From positions 66,526,001 through 66,590,000 of the forward strand of contig OZ024743.1 of assembly GCA_964016885.1 (NCBI GenBank): a stretch of 64,000 nt of DNA, read 5' to 3'. Shown piece after piece: positions 45,385 through 59,224 of this stretch. How positions within the stretch are numbered: position 1 is the first letter of the stretch; every line of letters starts with the position of its first letter. Origin of the DNA: Eledone cirrhosa. Taxonomy: Eukaryota. The notes under the pieces were generated by a model. The model did no database searches and was not told the origin of the DNA. It saw nothing but the letters and a program-made list of their open reading frames with translations. A program made the position numbers and the translations under genes.

Positions 45385-46200
45385 AGCCAACACTACCACC
45401 ACCACCACCACTACTTCCAACAACAGCAACATTAACAACAGCAATATCAACACCACCCCACCATCAACCACACTACCAACCCCTCCACAAACACCAATAG
45501 TAACAACACCACCACCGAGGCCAGCACTACCACCACCACTACCGCCACCACGACTACCACCACCACCACCACCACCACCACCACTACTTCCAACAACAGC
45601 AACATTAACAACAGCAATATCAACACCACCCCACCACGAACCACACTACCAACCCCTCCACAAACACCAATAGTAACAACACCACCACCGAGGCCAGCAC
45701 TACCACCACCACTACCACCACCACGACTTCCACCACCACCACCACCACCACCACCACTACTTCCAACAACAGCAACATTAACAACAGCAATATCAACACC
45801 ACCCCACCACCAACCACATTACCAACCCCTCCACAAACACCAATAGTAACAACACCACCACCGAGGCCAGCACTACCACCACCACTACCACCACCACGAC
45901 CACCACCACCACCACCACCACCACCACCACTACTTCCAACAACAGCAACATTAACAACAGCAATATCAACACCACCCCACCACCAACCACACTACCAACC
46001 CCTCCACAAACACCAATAGTAACAACACCACCACCGAGGCCAGCACTACCACCACCTACACCACTACCACCACCACTACTTCCAACAACAGCAACATTAA
46101 CAACAGCAATATCAACACTACCCCACCACCAACAACACTATCAACCCCACCACAATTACCAATAGTAACAACACCATCACCATGACCAACACTACCACAC
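45385..46200 (+). repeat. 173-bp tandem repeat, 4-5 copies, AAC/ACC-rich
   Basis: ACTTCCAACAACAGCAACATTAACAACAGCAATATCAACACC recurs; ORF-track starts 45644, 45817 and 45990 give a period of 173. Confidence 0.9.
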
Positions 46201-46554
46201 CAACACTACCATCAATAGGGGGCAAAGAACACAACCACCCCTACCACTAACACCACCACCATTACCACCACCACCAACACTACCAACAATAGAGAGCATA
46301 GAGCACTACCCACCACATTCCGTCGGTACCATAGAGCACCCCACCCACCACATCACTACCGCCACTACTGCCAACATCACCACCAGCAACACCACCACCA
46401 CTATCAACACCATTACCACCACTCACTGTAAAGGGGGCGTGTCTAAATCCATTTGACCTGTGTATTGCCTTGAAAACGAGGCTACGTCGCACTATAGTTA
46501 TCTTGGTACACTTGTACTAGTGGTTTCAAATGTTATAGGCTCTCATTTTCTCAT

Positions 46555-48000
<1,446 letters not shown>

Positions 48001-48493
48001 TTAAATTTCATATGACGACAGTTGCAATAAAAACTTGAAAGTTATCGGTTTTAGGGTACAGTGTACTTTTTAAGCTGATTAGAATTTGCTTTATGCAGCT
48101 TAAAAAGTATATGCATTCAGACACGAACCATATCTGTATGGAATTGGTGTATATACATATATATATATATGGCACAAGGCCAGCAAATATCCAGTACATT
48201 ACTGGTACTTTATTTTAATATAGATAATTGTTTCTACTTTAGGCACAAGGCCAACAATTAACCAGTGCATTACTGGTACTTTATTTTATCAACCCCGTAA
48301 GGATGAAAGGCAATTTTAATATAGATAATTTTAATACTATTTTAATATAGATAATGAAGAGCATATGGCAATATATAAGGTGGATTCTCCGTCTCTATCG
48401 ATGATGAGCATTCAGGCACATCTGATCGACTGATTTTTTGAATTAACGTGTACCTGTTTGCTTCAATATTCCATTCCATAGACACATGTACCA

Positions 48494-48838
48494 TTCTTCT
48501 TCTTCTTCTTCTTCTTCTTCTTCTTCTTCTTCTTCTTCTTCTTCTTCTTCTTCTTCTTCTTCTTCTTCTTCTTCTTCTTCTTCTTCTTCTTCATCGCCTA
48601 GTTATTCCTGAGAAGGTCGTGGGGACAGAGTCCTCAAACACTCCTTCCAGTTGGTCCTATTAGAAGCAGCAGTCTCCAATTGATCCAATTGGATCCTCAA
48701 GCGAAACCAGCCAAGTCCATGGATGTTATCCAACCATCCTGCTTAGGGTCTACCCCTGGGTGTCCTGCCGATTGGTTTTGCCCATAACATCTGTACAGCG
48801 ATTCTTTCTTGAGACATTCTAACCACATGCCCAACGTA
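48494..48838 (-). mobile_element. RTE-clade LINE 3' end with long (GAA)n tail
   Basis: Minus strand GHVVRMSQERIA..GRTPRGRP..W.DNI..SNRTNWK, then (GAA)n at 48494-48592; homologous to 60338-60590. Confidence 0.85.
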
Positions 48839-49364
48839 ATTCTCTAAGAATCATGATAACATAAATATATAACAAGGCCGGACCGTTCAATTACAAGAGT
48901 AATGTATTCTATTGCCTTCCAAACAGATTTTGTCTACCTAGTTTCACAGACACGTGTTTACCTAACTTAATTCTGTGGCAGAGTCAACATGATACAAGGT
49001 GTGAGAAGGCCGGATCTTTGAGATATAGGTGGAGTTCATCCAACGGGTTTGCATGTTGTTTTTACCACCTACCCAATTTTACTCACAAGGTGTGGGTCAA
49101 GACGAGGCTATTGTAAAGACATTTGCCTAAGTCTGTCAGAATGAAGCGAAATTCTTAACAGTCCTATAAATATATATACATATATACATATATATATATA
49201 TGCATACATACATGTGTGTGTCCATTCATTTATCCAAACATGCATACTTACATGCATACATATAGACAGACAGACAGTAATGTAGCCATATCTATCTATC
49301 TATTTCATCTCCTCTCACCACCTCCTTGAAAGACGTCGAAAATGTCGTCAGTTTTGAAAACACG

Positions 49365-50790
49365 ATGTCGAACGTTGATTGTAACATCAACACTAACACC
49401 AACACCAATAACATGTAAAATATAAACAACACCAACCAGAACAACAACAACAACAACAATAATGACAACAAAAACAACAAGAACAACAGCAACAATGGTA
49501 ACAACAACACCACCAACAACAACAGCAACACGAACAACTCCACGAAGAAGGAAAACATTTCCTTTGCCCAAACTGCGAAAAAAACCCTTGAACACCTGTC
49601 AGTAGACATAAGCAACGCTAAGGAGCTACTGGCAGAAGCCAAAAAATTCATAGTTTACGGGGAGAATGGATCATTTTCGACCCCCCCCCCCCCCCCGGAA
49701 CTAAAAGGTTAGAGACTCCTAAACACAGTGATGTTTAGGACAGTGTTAAATAAAACGAAAAGACCAGCTCAACCATCACAGAGTGAGATAGAGCTGGTCT
49801 TAAAAGATGTAATGAAAGACATTCTGTTCATACAAAAGGATAGACTCCATGGGAGTCTATCCATTCTCATGAAGGACCAGGACACGGCAAAAAAACTTTC
49901 GGTAAAACCTATTACATCCACTGCATACACCTTCTACCCTACGTACATGGGTAGAAGGTCACAGAAAATAAAAATACACACCATTCTTCCAATTATGGAC
50001 ATATGGTGGGCGTTAACAGGTTTTCTTGACCTGAACGATGACATTAATATCCATGGGAAAGGCATCGGGTCACGCGTTCAGTGGAACGGGCCTCGAACTT
50101 GTAGTTCAAATGAGGCCCGAAAGGATCGCCCAGATCCCTGAACCCGTCATACTGGATGACCAAACTTTTATAAACATTATACCGTTGAGGGTAGGCGGCC
50201 CTCGTGTTACCTCTGTGGAACCAGAGGTCACCTGAAGGCTGTCTGTCCTCAACTTAAAAAGAAAACTCCAATTCTGTTCACACCACCAACAACTACACAA
50301 CCAACACAATCACCACCACCACCACTACAAAAACAACAACCACAAGTTAACACAAAACAAAACACTGTCCAACCCCTCCCGCCACACTCACAAAACAATT
50401 TCTAAAACACCCGCACCGCAAACACTACCCGAAAATTTACCCCTCCCCTCCAACAGGGAAGACGACCCCCGTTCGTCGTCAGGCGAGGGGGAGCATTTCC
50501 AAAAAGTTAAAAGAAAGAAAAGAAAACACACCCCAGACACACAAATAAAAACAACCCCTCCCCAAAACATAACACAGACATCAACACAAAAGAACACACA
50601 ACAACAGCAAACAAAAAACACCACACAAAAACAAAAATATGCATACACATACATAAACACAAGAAACAAAAAACATTATTTATAATAACAATTTGGTAAA
50701 AACCGAAGGGCCTAACTTCACCCAGGCAGGGGATTTGCCCCACCTCAAAATGATAAAAGTCCCAGGGGACATATATAAAACTTTAAAGGA
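49365..50790 (+). pseudogene. LINE ORF1 (Asn-rich N-terminus, SFAQ motif, CCHC zinc knuckle), disrupted
   Basis: CYLCGTRGHLKAVC at 50205-50246; stops and frameshifts present; end approximate. Confidence 0.75.
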
Positions 50791-51024
50791 CAATTTTAAA
50801 GAGGACGTGCCCCCCCCCCCCTGCATCGGACCCCTTAACCGAGTCCTCCTAAAAAATTCCCCCACCCCCTCCCCAAACACCCACACAACTCCAAATACCC
50901 CAACCCCACCACACACTGATGCCCCCAGTCTACCACATACCTCCCCCCACACCCATGGAAATTGTGCGACCTGGTCCTCGGGACGCAGAGAGGTAGGTGC
51001 CTCCTTTTTCTCTTTACCACCAAC

Positions 51025-54000
51025 ATGGGTGTATTGAGAGTGGCTTGTCTAAATGCGCGTGGCCTGGGTTCATATTGGAAGCATGCAAAACTTCTAAATG
51101 ACCTCAGGTGACGCTGTATAAATGTGATGGTCATTTGCGAGGCCCGGATCAGCAGCATGGGCCACCTAGCCCCCACCTTTGACGACTTTGAGATGCACGC
51201 ATCTCTCTGTTAACCCGGAGGTGGGAGTGGGGTTGTCGTTCTGCTGCAAAAACATCTGGGTCTCGCCGCACAGACGGTACACTTGGACCCGGAGGGTCGA
51301 CTGGTTGTTTTAGACGTTGGCAGCGGTGAAGGCGGAGCCTTTAGGCTGGTCGCCGCCTACGCCCCTTTTGGGTCAGCGCAGCCGGATTTCTTCCAACGTC
51401 TGGAAACTTTTCTGGGGACGTCCCGCTCCTTGCTTTTAGTGGGGGACTGGAATGGTATCCTAGATGCACGTTGGGACTATGTAGGAGCATACCCCGATAG
51501 AGGGGGTGTAACAGCCTCAAGGAGTTAATCGGCTAATTTGACCTGGCCGATAGATATCGACTAGATTTTCCGACTGCGCCAACCTGGACTTGGGCAAACG
51601 GCAGCGGATCATTTAGGTCGTACCTAGATAGGGTCCTAGTTAAGCTGTCCAAAGATGCTCATGGTTGGCTATTCGGATCACAAATTCGTGACTTGCATAC
51701 TCAACCTTGATAGAACCCATAGACAGGGACCCGGTTACTGGAAACTGAACTTGTCCTTAACGGCAAGTAAAGTGTACTGGAACCGGATTAGTACTTTAGT
51801 TAAGGAGCGGTTGACGGGAGCGATCGTCAACAGCAGGTGGTGGGCATCTCTCAAAAGAGAGATTAGAGTAGTTTCAATAAGATTTAGTAAGGAGTTAGCC
51901 TCAGATAGAAATAAGAAGGAAAGGGAGTTGGTAGATAGTGTAGAAGAGGCAATTAGAAGCGGTGACGTAGCCAGAGTGCTAGCGTCGAGAACGGCCTTGG
52001 GCCAGTTCTTTGACGCAAAGCACGAAGGCTGCGTTGTCCGAAGCAAAATAGGTGCTCTAGGAAACGAGGGGACCAAAGCTGTTAGCTGGGCCCGCGTGAC
52101 AGAAGCCAAAAGAGTGATTAGATCCACTATCCGGTCTTTGCGAGACCAGGATGGACGGATGATCCTTGAACCTAGGCAGATGTGTGAGGCCTTTCAAAGG
52201 CACTTTATCCGATTGTTCGGGAGGGGAGGATGGCGGGATGGGGATGTGGACTTCGGTCCATACCTCGACGGCCTGCCGCGTCTTTCGGACGAGGAGGCAA
52301 AGTCCTGCGAGGGGCCGATTTCAGTTGCTGAGATAGGGGACCTGCTGAGCCGATGCGGCAAACGCAAATCCCCGGGTCTCGATGGTCTTCCATACGAACT
52401 ATATCTAGCTATGCCGGACTTGTTCCCCGATCTCCTCGAGGTGGTCTACTGCAACTGGCAACAGAACGGGAGTATTCACTGTTCTATGACCAAGGGCGTA
52501 GTCTCGCTAGTGAGGAAGGACGAGAACAAGGGGGATGAAATAAGTAATTTCAGGCCCATAACTCTGCTAAATGCAGAGTTAAAGATTTTGGCTAAGGTGT
52601 TAGCAAAGAGGTTGGCGCTTGTCGTGGGCAACCTGGTGGGAGATGCGCAGACATGTGCTATCCCGTCCAGGTCCATCCACGACAACCTCCACCTTATGCG
52701 ATACATTATAGAGAGGGTTGGGAACGAACCCGGCTTTGGTGTGGCCCTGATCAACTTGGATCAATCTAAGGCATTCGATAGGGTCGACCATGGTTACCTG
52801 GATGCGGTGCTAGCGGCGGCAGGTTTCGGACCTGTTTTCAGGGGCTGGATCACTGCCATGCACAGCAGCCGTTCGAAATCACGCGGTCCATCCGACAAGG
52901 GTGCCCTCTCTCCTCCCTTCTGTATGTATTGGCCCTCGAGCCACTGCTGCAGAAGTTGGAGTTTTTGCAGGGCATCCCTTTGGAACCGGGATTTCGGAAA
53001 GCGGTGTCGGCCTACGCCGATGACGTAACAGTAATGGTGTCGACCGCCTCGGAAATTGGGGCGGTTGGCAGCTTACTGGAGGAATACGAAAGGTTTACAG
53101 GGGGTAAGCTGAACCGGGACAAGTTGATCGGGTTGCAACTCGGCACGTGGAGGGGCAAATCGATGACCTTCGATTGCGTTGTGGGGACGCTGGACGGAGG
53201 GCCCGGTGAAGTTGCTCTGAGTCTGGTTCGGACCAGACCTCCAGGTGGAGAAGAACTGGGGTGAGGTAACAAACAGGTGTTTGCACTGACCCAGAAGTGG
53301 GCTTAGTGCAAACTATCCCTGAAAGATCGGGCAGAGGTGGAGAACACTTATATAGCGTTCCTCATCTAATACTGCCTGACCGTCGTGCCTTGCCCAAGGG
53401 AAACGCTCACCAAAATGGAGCGCGTACTCTTCTAATTCCTTTGGAAAAAGCGGGCCCCTTTGGTGAGGAGATCCATCTGCTGGCAACACCCTTCGAAAGG
53501 AGGGCTGGGGATGCCGTGGCTGCTGATGCGTAAACACGCATTAAGGCTACGGCACCTCCATGAATTCCTCACCGGTCAACCGGTGTGGGCCTTGTTTGTG
53601 AGACGAACCTTTCCTAGACTTGTCTCACTCAACGAGTTGCAATCCTGGGTCAAGCAAAGACCGAGAAAACTGGGCACTGGCACACCGAGTGTGCCCAGGC
53701 GCTCACGGCTCTCTGGCAGGCGGACCCGGCTATCAGTGGAGACTCCACCTGGACATTCTATAGAGGGCTGGGGGTTAGCAGGTGCGACGACGCCCTCGGC
53801 GAAGCCCTAGGCATGGAGGAAGACGAACTGGCCAGCCTGTTCGGTAGGACATTTAGCCCGGGACTCATGGACAACTTCCAGAGGTCCCTGACCTGGCAGT
53901 GCTACCGAGGGACTCTGTCCGTTTGAGAAAAGCTCTACAGACACAGGCGCCCGGGTAGGGACCCCTCAAAAAAGATCTGTCCCAGATTCGTGCGCGACGA

Positions 54001-54398
54001 GGAAACCGTCGCGCATGCATTGGTACACTACCTTGGCGTCGCCGATCTGTGGGGCTATGTCGAACGACTGCTGTCACGGGGCAGACCTATCCGGTTGTCC
54101 TATCCGAGTCCATTATAACGATCAAGCCGCCTCCACTCTTCAAACATGAAGGAGAGGCGATGTTTCTGTGCGTAATAGCCATGGTGAAAGAGGTTGTATG
54201 GTGGACGCGTTTGAAAGGACTGAGGTCAGACACCTTTCTCTCTGGCCAACAACTGGTCCTTTTCTTCCGATATCATTTCGGAAGAAGGATCAGGATGGAG
54301 AGAGAGAGGTGCTCCACCCCAGCCAGTTTTATGAAAAGTCGGTGAAAGTGGCGAGAATAACCCGTGTGAATGGGCCTTCTCTCTATATCAGCCTGTAG
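51025..54398 (+). pseudogene. LINE ORF2: APE endonuclease and reverse transcriptase, many stops and frameshifts
   Basis: VACLNARGL, LVGDWNGIL, YLDRVLV, SDHKFV, YWKLN, KSPGLDGLPYELY, NFRPITLLNAELKILAK, LDQSKAFDRVDH, RQGCPLSP, AYADDV, GGLGMP. Confidence 0.93.
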
Positions 54399-55113
54399 GT
54401 GAAAAAGATGAAAAACCAAGGAGCACCCTCTCTCTGTGCTCCTGAGAAGAAGTGTTGCACACTTTTTCGGGGGGGGGGGGACCCCGCAAATCGCCTCCTC
54501 CCTATTGAGGACATTATTGTTAATTTTATATTTGTTATTTGTTTTTTTTACTCGTTCTTTTGTGTAAGCTCCCCCTTTGTATTTGTCCCCTTCTTTTGCG
54601 CCCTCGTGGCAATAAATAGAAACATATCTAATTATCTATCTATATCTATCTTGGGATGGACACACGCGTAAAACTTGCTGGTAAGTTCTGCCTAAATTTC
54701 CATAGAAATTCCAAACTGTAAACTTTCATTTTTGTACCATTTTGTAGAGTGACTGCCAGGTCAAATTTTGATCTGGTCAGTCTCTCAAATTATTCTACGC
54801 CTTTAGGCGAAAGTGGGTTGAGAAAAAAAAATGTTTATCTTTCGAAAAATTTCCTTCTTTGATAAAAATGGCTGAAGCATCTTCACCAACATTCAAAGAA
54901 AAAAAAGGGAAGCTAAACTCACAGATTCCCCCTGCCACTGTCACAGCAGCAGATGACCGACCTGCTGACCGACAACTTGATGTACCGACAACTACACATT
55001 CTGATTTTTAATGCAATGAAATACCTGTGACCGTTGGTAAATCACTGATGAGGGACTCATTTTATAACATGTTATCCATGTGCAACCATGCACTAGTATT
55101 CTTCTCCCCATTT

Positions 55114-55181
<68 letters not shown>

Positions 55182-55341
55182 GTATATTCGTGTACAGATA
55201 TTTTTGCATGCACAAAAACAAAATATAAAAAAACGTATTTATTTCAGGAAAACACAGACGGCTTATCGTCATTGTTACTGGCCGCGAGATCAGATTTTCT
55301 AGAAGAAAAAATATTACTAGTGAAACAGAGAGAGACTAAGT

Positions 55342-55438
55342 TTCGCGATTACCATCAAGAAAGCTCAGGGTCAAACCCTAAAAGTGGCTGGCCTTCATCT
55401 GAGAAAACCATGGTCAGTTGTATGTAGGATGCTCTAGG
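55342..55438 (+). mobile_element. PIF1-family helicase motif V/VI relic, probably Helitron
   Basis: FAITIKKAQGQTLKVAGLHLRK then, after a frameshift, HGQLYVGCSR; compare the PIF1 consensus FAMTINKSQGQTL..VG..L..HGQLYVA.SR. Confidence 0.8.
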
Positions 55439-56086
55439 TAAAGCTAAGGAAAAGGGAAAAGGGGAGGAAGGAGAGCAGGATAAACGAAACCTACAATGAA
55501 AGAACATCTTAAAGTTTACCCAAGCCAAATGTTGTATTTATTAACATTTCTATATGCAGGTTCTTAGCAAGCTTACTGGCGCTTTAGTATGGTATTCAAT
55601 TCTCATATCGTTTTTGATTGATATGGTGCATATATCGCAGCTATTCACATGTTTTAAACATTAGATAACGATTGCTAATGTATATTGTATGAGAATTAGC
55701 TGAAAAATATTTTGAATGAACAAATAAAAGAGATATAAAAGAGAGATGTTTGTTGGTTGGTTCCTTCGCGTATCACGAAAAATATAAAAAGTGACAATGG
55801 GAAAGTATATACAGGATTGGGATAAGAGTATATCCAGGAAAATTTATTGATACTAATTTTATAACACCAAAGAAGAAGAAAGACATACCACGTATGCTAA
55901 CCAACCTGACTGCTATTTCTAGCAGGTTGGTAATCAACCATAAGGGATTCTCTGTGCGAGTTTGTTGTCAGTGATGATCGTGTTTCGCGGCCTATGTCTC
56001 CGATTCCAACGGTGGATTATACACACACACACACACGCACTCTCACATGCACACAGACGAACACTCACACAGGCACACACATATAT

Positions 56087-56135
<49 letters not shown>

Positions 56136-56693
56136 AACACACACACACGAACACTCACACACACACACACACATATATATATACACTAACACACACAAAC
56201 ATACACACACACACACATACTCACAATACACACACACTGCAAACAAGACAATGCATTCAATACAGACGTTTTCTCTTCTGTCGGTCTTCTCTTATCCTTT
56301 GTACCTCAGCTAGTATATATATAAGAATAAACAGGGGCTGAGTAGTTGTTGGATAAGATGTACTTATAAATAATAGGAAAGCAAGAACGAGAGAAAATTT
56401 TCCTTCATCAGTTGTCTGCTGGGGATCTTGGACATTTCAACGCACTAAAGACAATATGCCTCACCCTAGTGCGTCAATAACTCAAGGAAGTTAATGGGGG
56501 AAAAAGGAAGAGAGAGAGAAAAAAAATAGTAACAGAAGGGAAAAGGGAAGATAAAGGAAAAAACAGCAAAAGAAAAAACAAAACAAAAACAAAAGAAAAC
56601 GGGAAGCAACAAACCGAAGAGTGAAACCTGAAGCAAAAGTGTGTCAGCAACTCGAAACGAAAGAGAAAAAATTAAAGTCAACATCAATTACTG

Positions 56694-56770
<77 letters not shown>

Positions 56771-58434
56771 CCTATGATAGACCTTGTGTGAAAAAGCCTG
56801 TAACCAGGGAATATAAAACCCGGATTTACAATGAAAATATGATCCCCCAAAGCTGTCTACATACAATGAATAAGTGGCTCAGATTATGTTCTATACCAGT
56901 AATAATACCAGCGTTTTAAGCCACACGATTTCATTGATGCGAAAATTAGAAAACCAACACCAGAAATGTTCATGAGAACGGAGATATAGATTGCCTCCTA
57001 CTTAAACAATAGATTCAAACAGACCTTGAATGTCATATCGTATCCCTTTGACAACACATACTAACCCCCAATTACCAAAGTTCATCCAGGGAACTAGTCT
57101 GTATACATGAATCAGATAATAACACGAGACTAAACAAGGATCTATTTTTAGAAACTTTGAGCAGATATGTATTTATTGAAACGTTACCTAGAGTTAGAAG
57201 CAAATTGGACATAAAAGCCCCTGGGTGGCAAAAAGTTACTGTGTCGAACCCTCAACGTTGTTTTCCTCCAGGGGCTTTTACGCTCATGAAAACAAACATG
57301 CATGAAAACAAACATACATGCATTGAAGCTACAAATTCTAGGTTAATTTACAACCAATACATATCCGCTCAATCTTTATAAAAATAGATACTGTTTAGTC
57401 ATGCTGTGACACGCTCTCTGCCTCCAACTTAGTCGCCTCGGCCACAAACTCCGGAACCACGGCTCGCAATGCAGAGAGCAGGAAGACAAGTAAATACCGG
57501 AGCTTGTCCGGTCGCTTCCTCTTTTCACTGGTCACTGATGAGTCCTCAGGTGTCCTAGTATCCCGTACAGCAGAATTCTGCTGTAAAATCGGATCAATTG
57601 CAGCCGGTCTGAGAAGGAGCCTCGCGAGATCGGGTCATTGTTGTAGTGTGTGTCTCTGGCCATTGTCCGCGGAAATCACTTTGTCATTTTATCCGCGGGG
57701 CGCAGCCGAAACACCACTCTGACCTAGGGGTAAAGTTTTTCCGGCTGTCCCCTTTCTTCCCTTGTTATAGAAGTCCTTGCCCCCCCCCCAATTCCACTCT
57801 TTTATGGCATTTATATTTCTTTCCAATTTTGCTTTTACTTCTGTGTGTTTAACCAAATAAAAAAACAGAAACCTTGAGTGAAATAGCAACAGCCATACAG
57901 AAACACACACTAGTGATCAATGATAGAATATAAATATACACAGATGAAATAACAACACTCACACACTAGTGACAAAAGATAAATATAAACACATGCAGAC
58001 TCAGATAGGAACGCACGTGCACACACCAAACAGAATACACGCACAAAAACGCATGTGCAAACAGAGAGAGCAAAAAAACAAAACAAAAGCATTATAGAAA
58101 CACAATGGGAGGAAACACAGCTATAATCATTGAAGATGTCACAGATATGTATGACGAAAGAACTTTGATAAATTATACTTGTATCTATATCTTTAACTGT
58201 TGGTCAATCAATGACAAACATTGATTGCCAGCTAAATTATTTATAAAAATATAAAAATATATTTTAAAAAATTTATTGAAGCGAAATCCAAATCAAACTG
58301 TATGTGTGCTTTACTATTTTTGGGAATATTTTTATTTCCCTCTAAAAAAAAAAAAAAAGTTGAGACTAATTTTTTTCATTTTATTAAATTAGGAGAAAGA
58401 GATCATTAAAATTCACTCCATCATTCTGTTACAC

Positions 58435-58528
58435 TTTATTTTGCCTATTACGTATCTTTGATATCAATAACATTTGCCACATTTTATTTTGCCTATTACG
58501 TATCTTTGATATCAATAACATTTGCCAC
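58435..58528. repeat. 48-bp-period tandem duplication
   Basis: TTTATTTTGCCTATTACGTATCTTTGATATCAATAACATTTGCCAC x2. Confidence 0.9.
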
Positions 58529-59224
58529 TGTTATCTTAAATCCCCAAAGTCTGCTCAAACATCATTACCCCATTGATACAGGTTCGGAAGGTAAAGGGGG
58601 GGGGGGGATCTCTGACGTGCAGAATCTCAGGTACTCACTGCCTCGTGATCTTGGAAAGGAGCTCGTCGGAATGTATTCCCTATCAGATGATCAAGTTTGC
58701 ATATCTAAGAATTTCGAGCCACTTTATTGCAACGGAACAGCTTATCTGTGGAAGATCAAGCATGGCAGAGTCACCAGAAAAGGTCACAGATAACCAAACT
58801 AGTCTATTTTCGATATTATCTTTCACTTTGAACATTATGTTTTCCCAGTCACCACTCCATTCCACACAACCACTTCTACTCTACCCCACGGGATCAGGGG
58901 CGATATTTTCCACATTTAATTTGTTTCCATTGTTAACCTCCAGGCACTCACCAAATGAATATATACGTCTCAACCCCACCCAACGCACAACTATTTTGCC
59001 ATCGTCAACATTCATTCCTCTCTTTTTTTTTCCTTTATTTTACATCATTTTCTGTTCTATTTCTTCCGTCAACTCATCCAAGAAATTACATTCTTCGCCA
59101 TAACGAATTAAACTAAACACACAGATGAAAAAAAACACAAGCTGTTTTAACGGCAGTTCTAGCGATGAGTTTTCTTATTTTTATATGTATTGAAACACAC
59201 AAACATTTTTTTGTTTTGTTTTCA

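Larger units (their letters stand above)
49304..54622 (+). mobile_element. Near full-length L1/Tx1-type non-LTR retrotransposon, inactivated
   Basis: ORF1 with Zn knuckle, ORF2 with APE and RT, AATAAA at 54611, ~17-bp TSD CATATCTA..TATCTAT at 49287-49303 and 54623-54639. Confidence 0.92.

Noticed and set aside
24297-45990. Long poly-Val and poly-Gly ORFs on the minus strand
   Set aside because: Antisense readings of the ACC array, which lacks stops by composition
55010-55120. CTGATGA/CTGACGA in the family shared with 61636-62257
   Set aside because: Stem II and a GAAA/NUH arrangement could not be assembled; kept only as a repeat
56260-56425. Minus-strand CTGATGA near 56404-56410
   Set aside because: No convincing stem II-GAAA pairing
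58458-59103. ORFs of 111 and 176 aa
   Set aside because: No recognisable motif and no splice support
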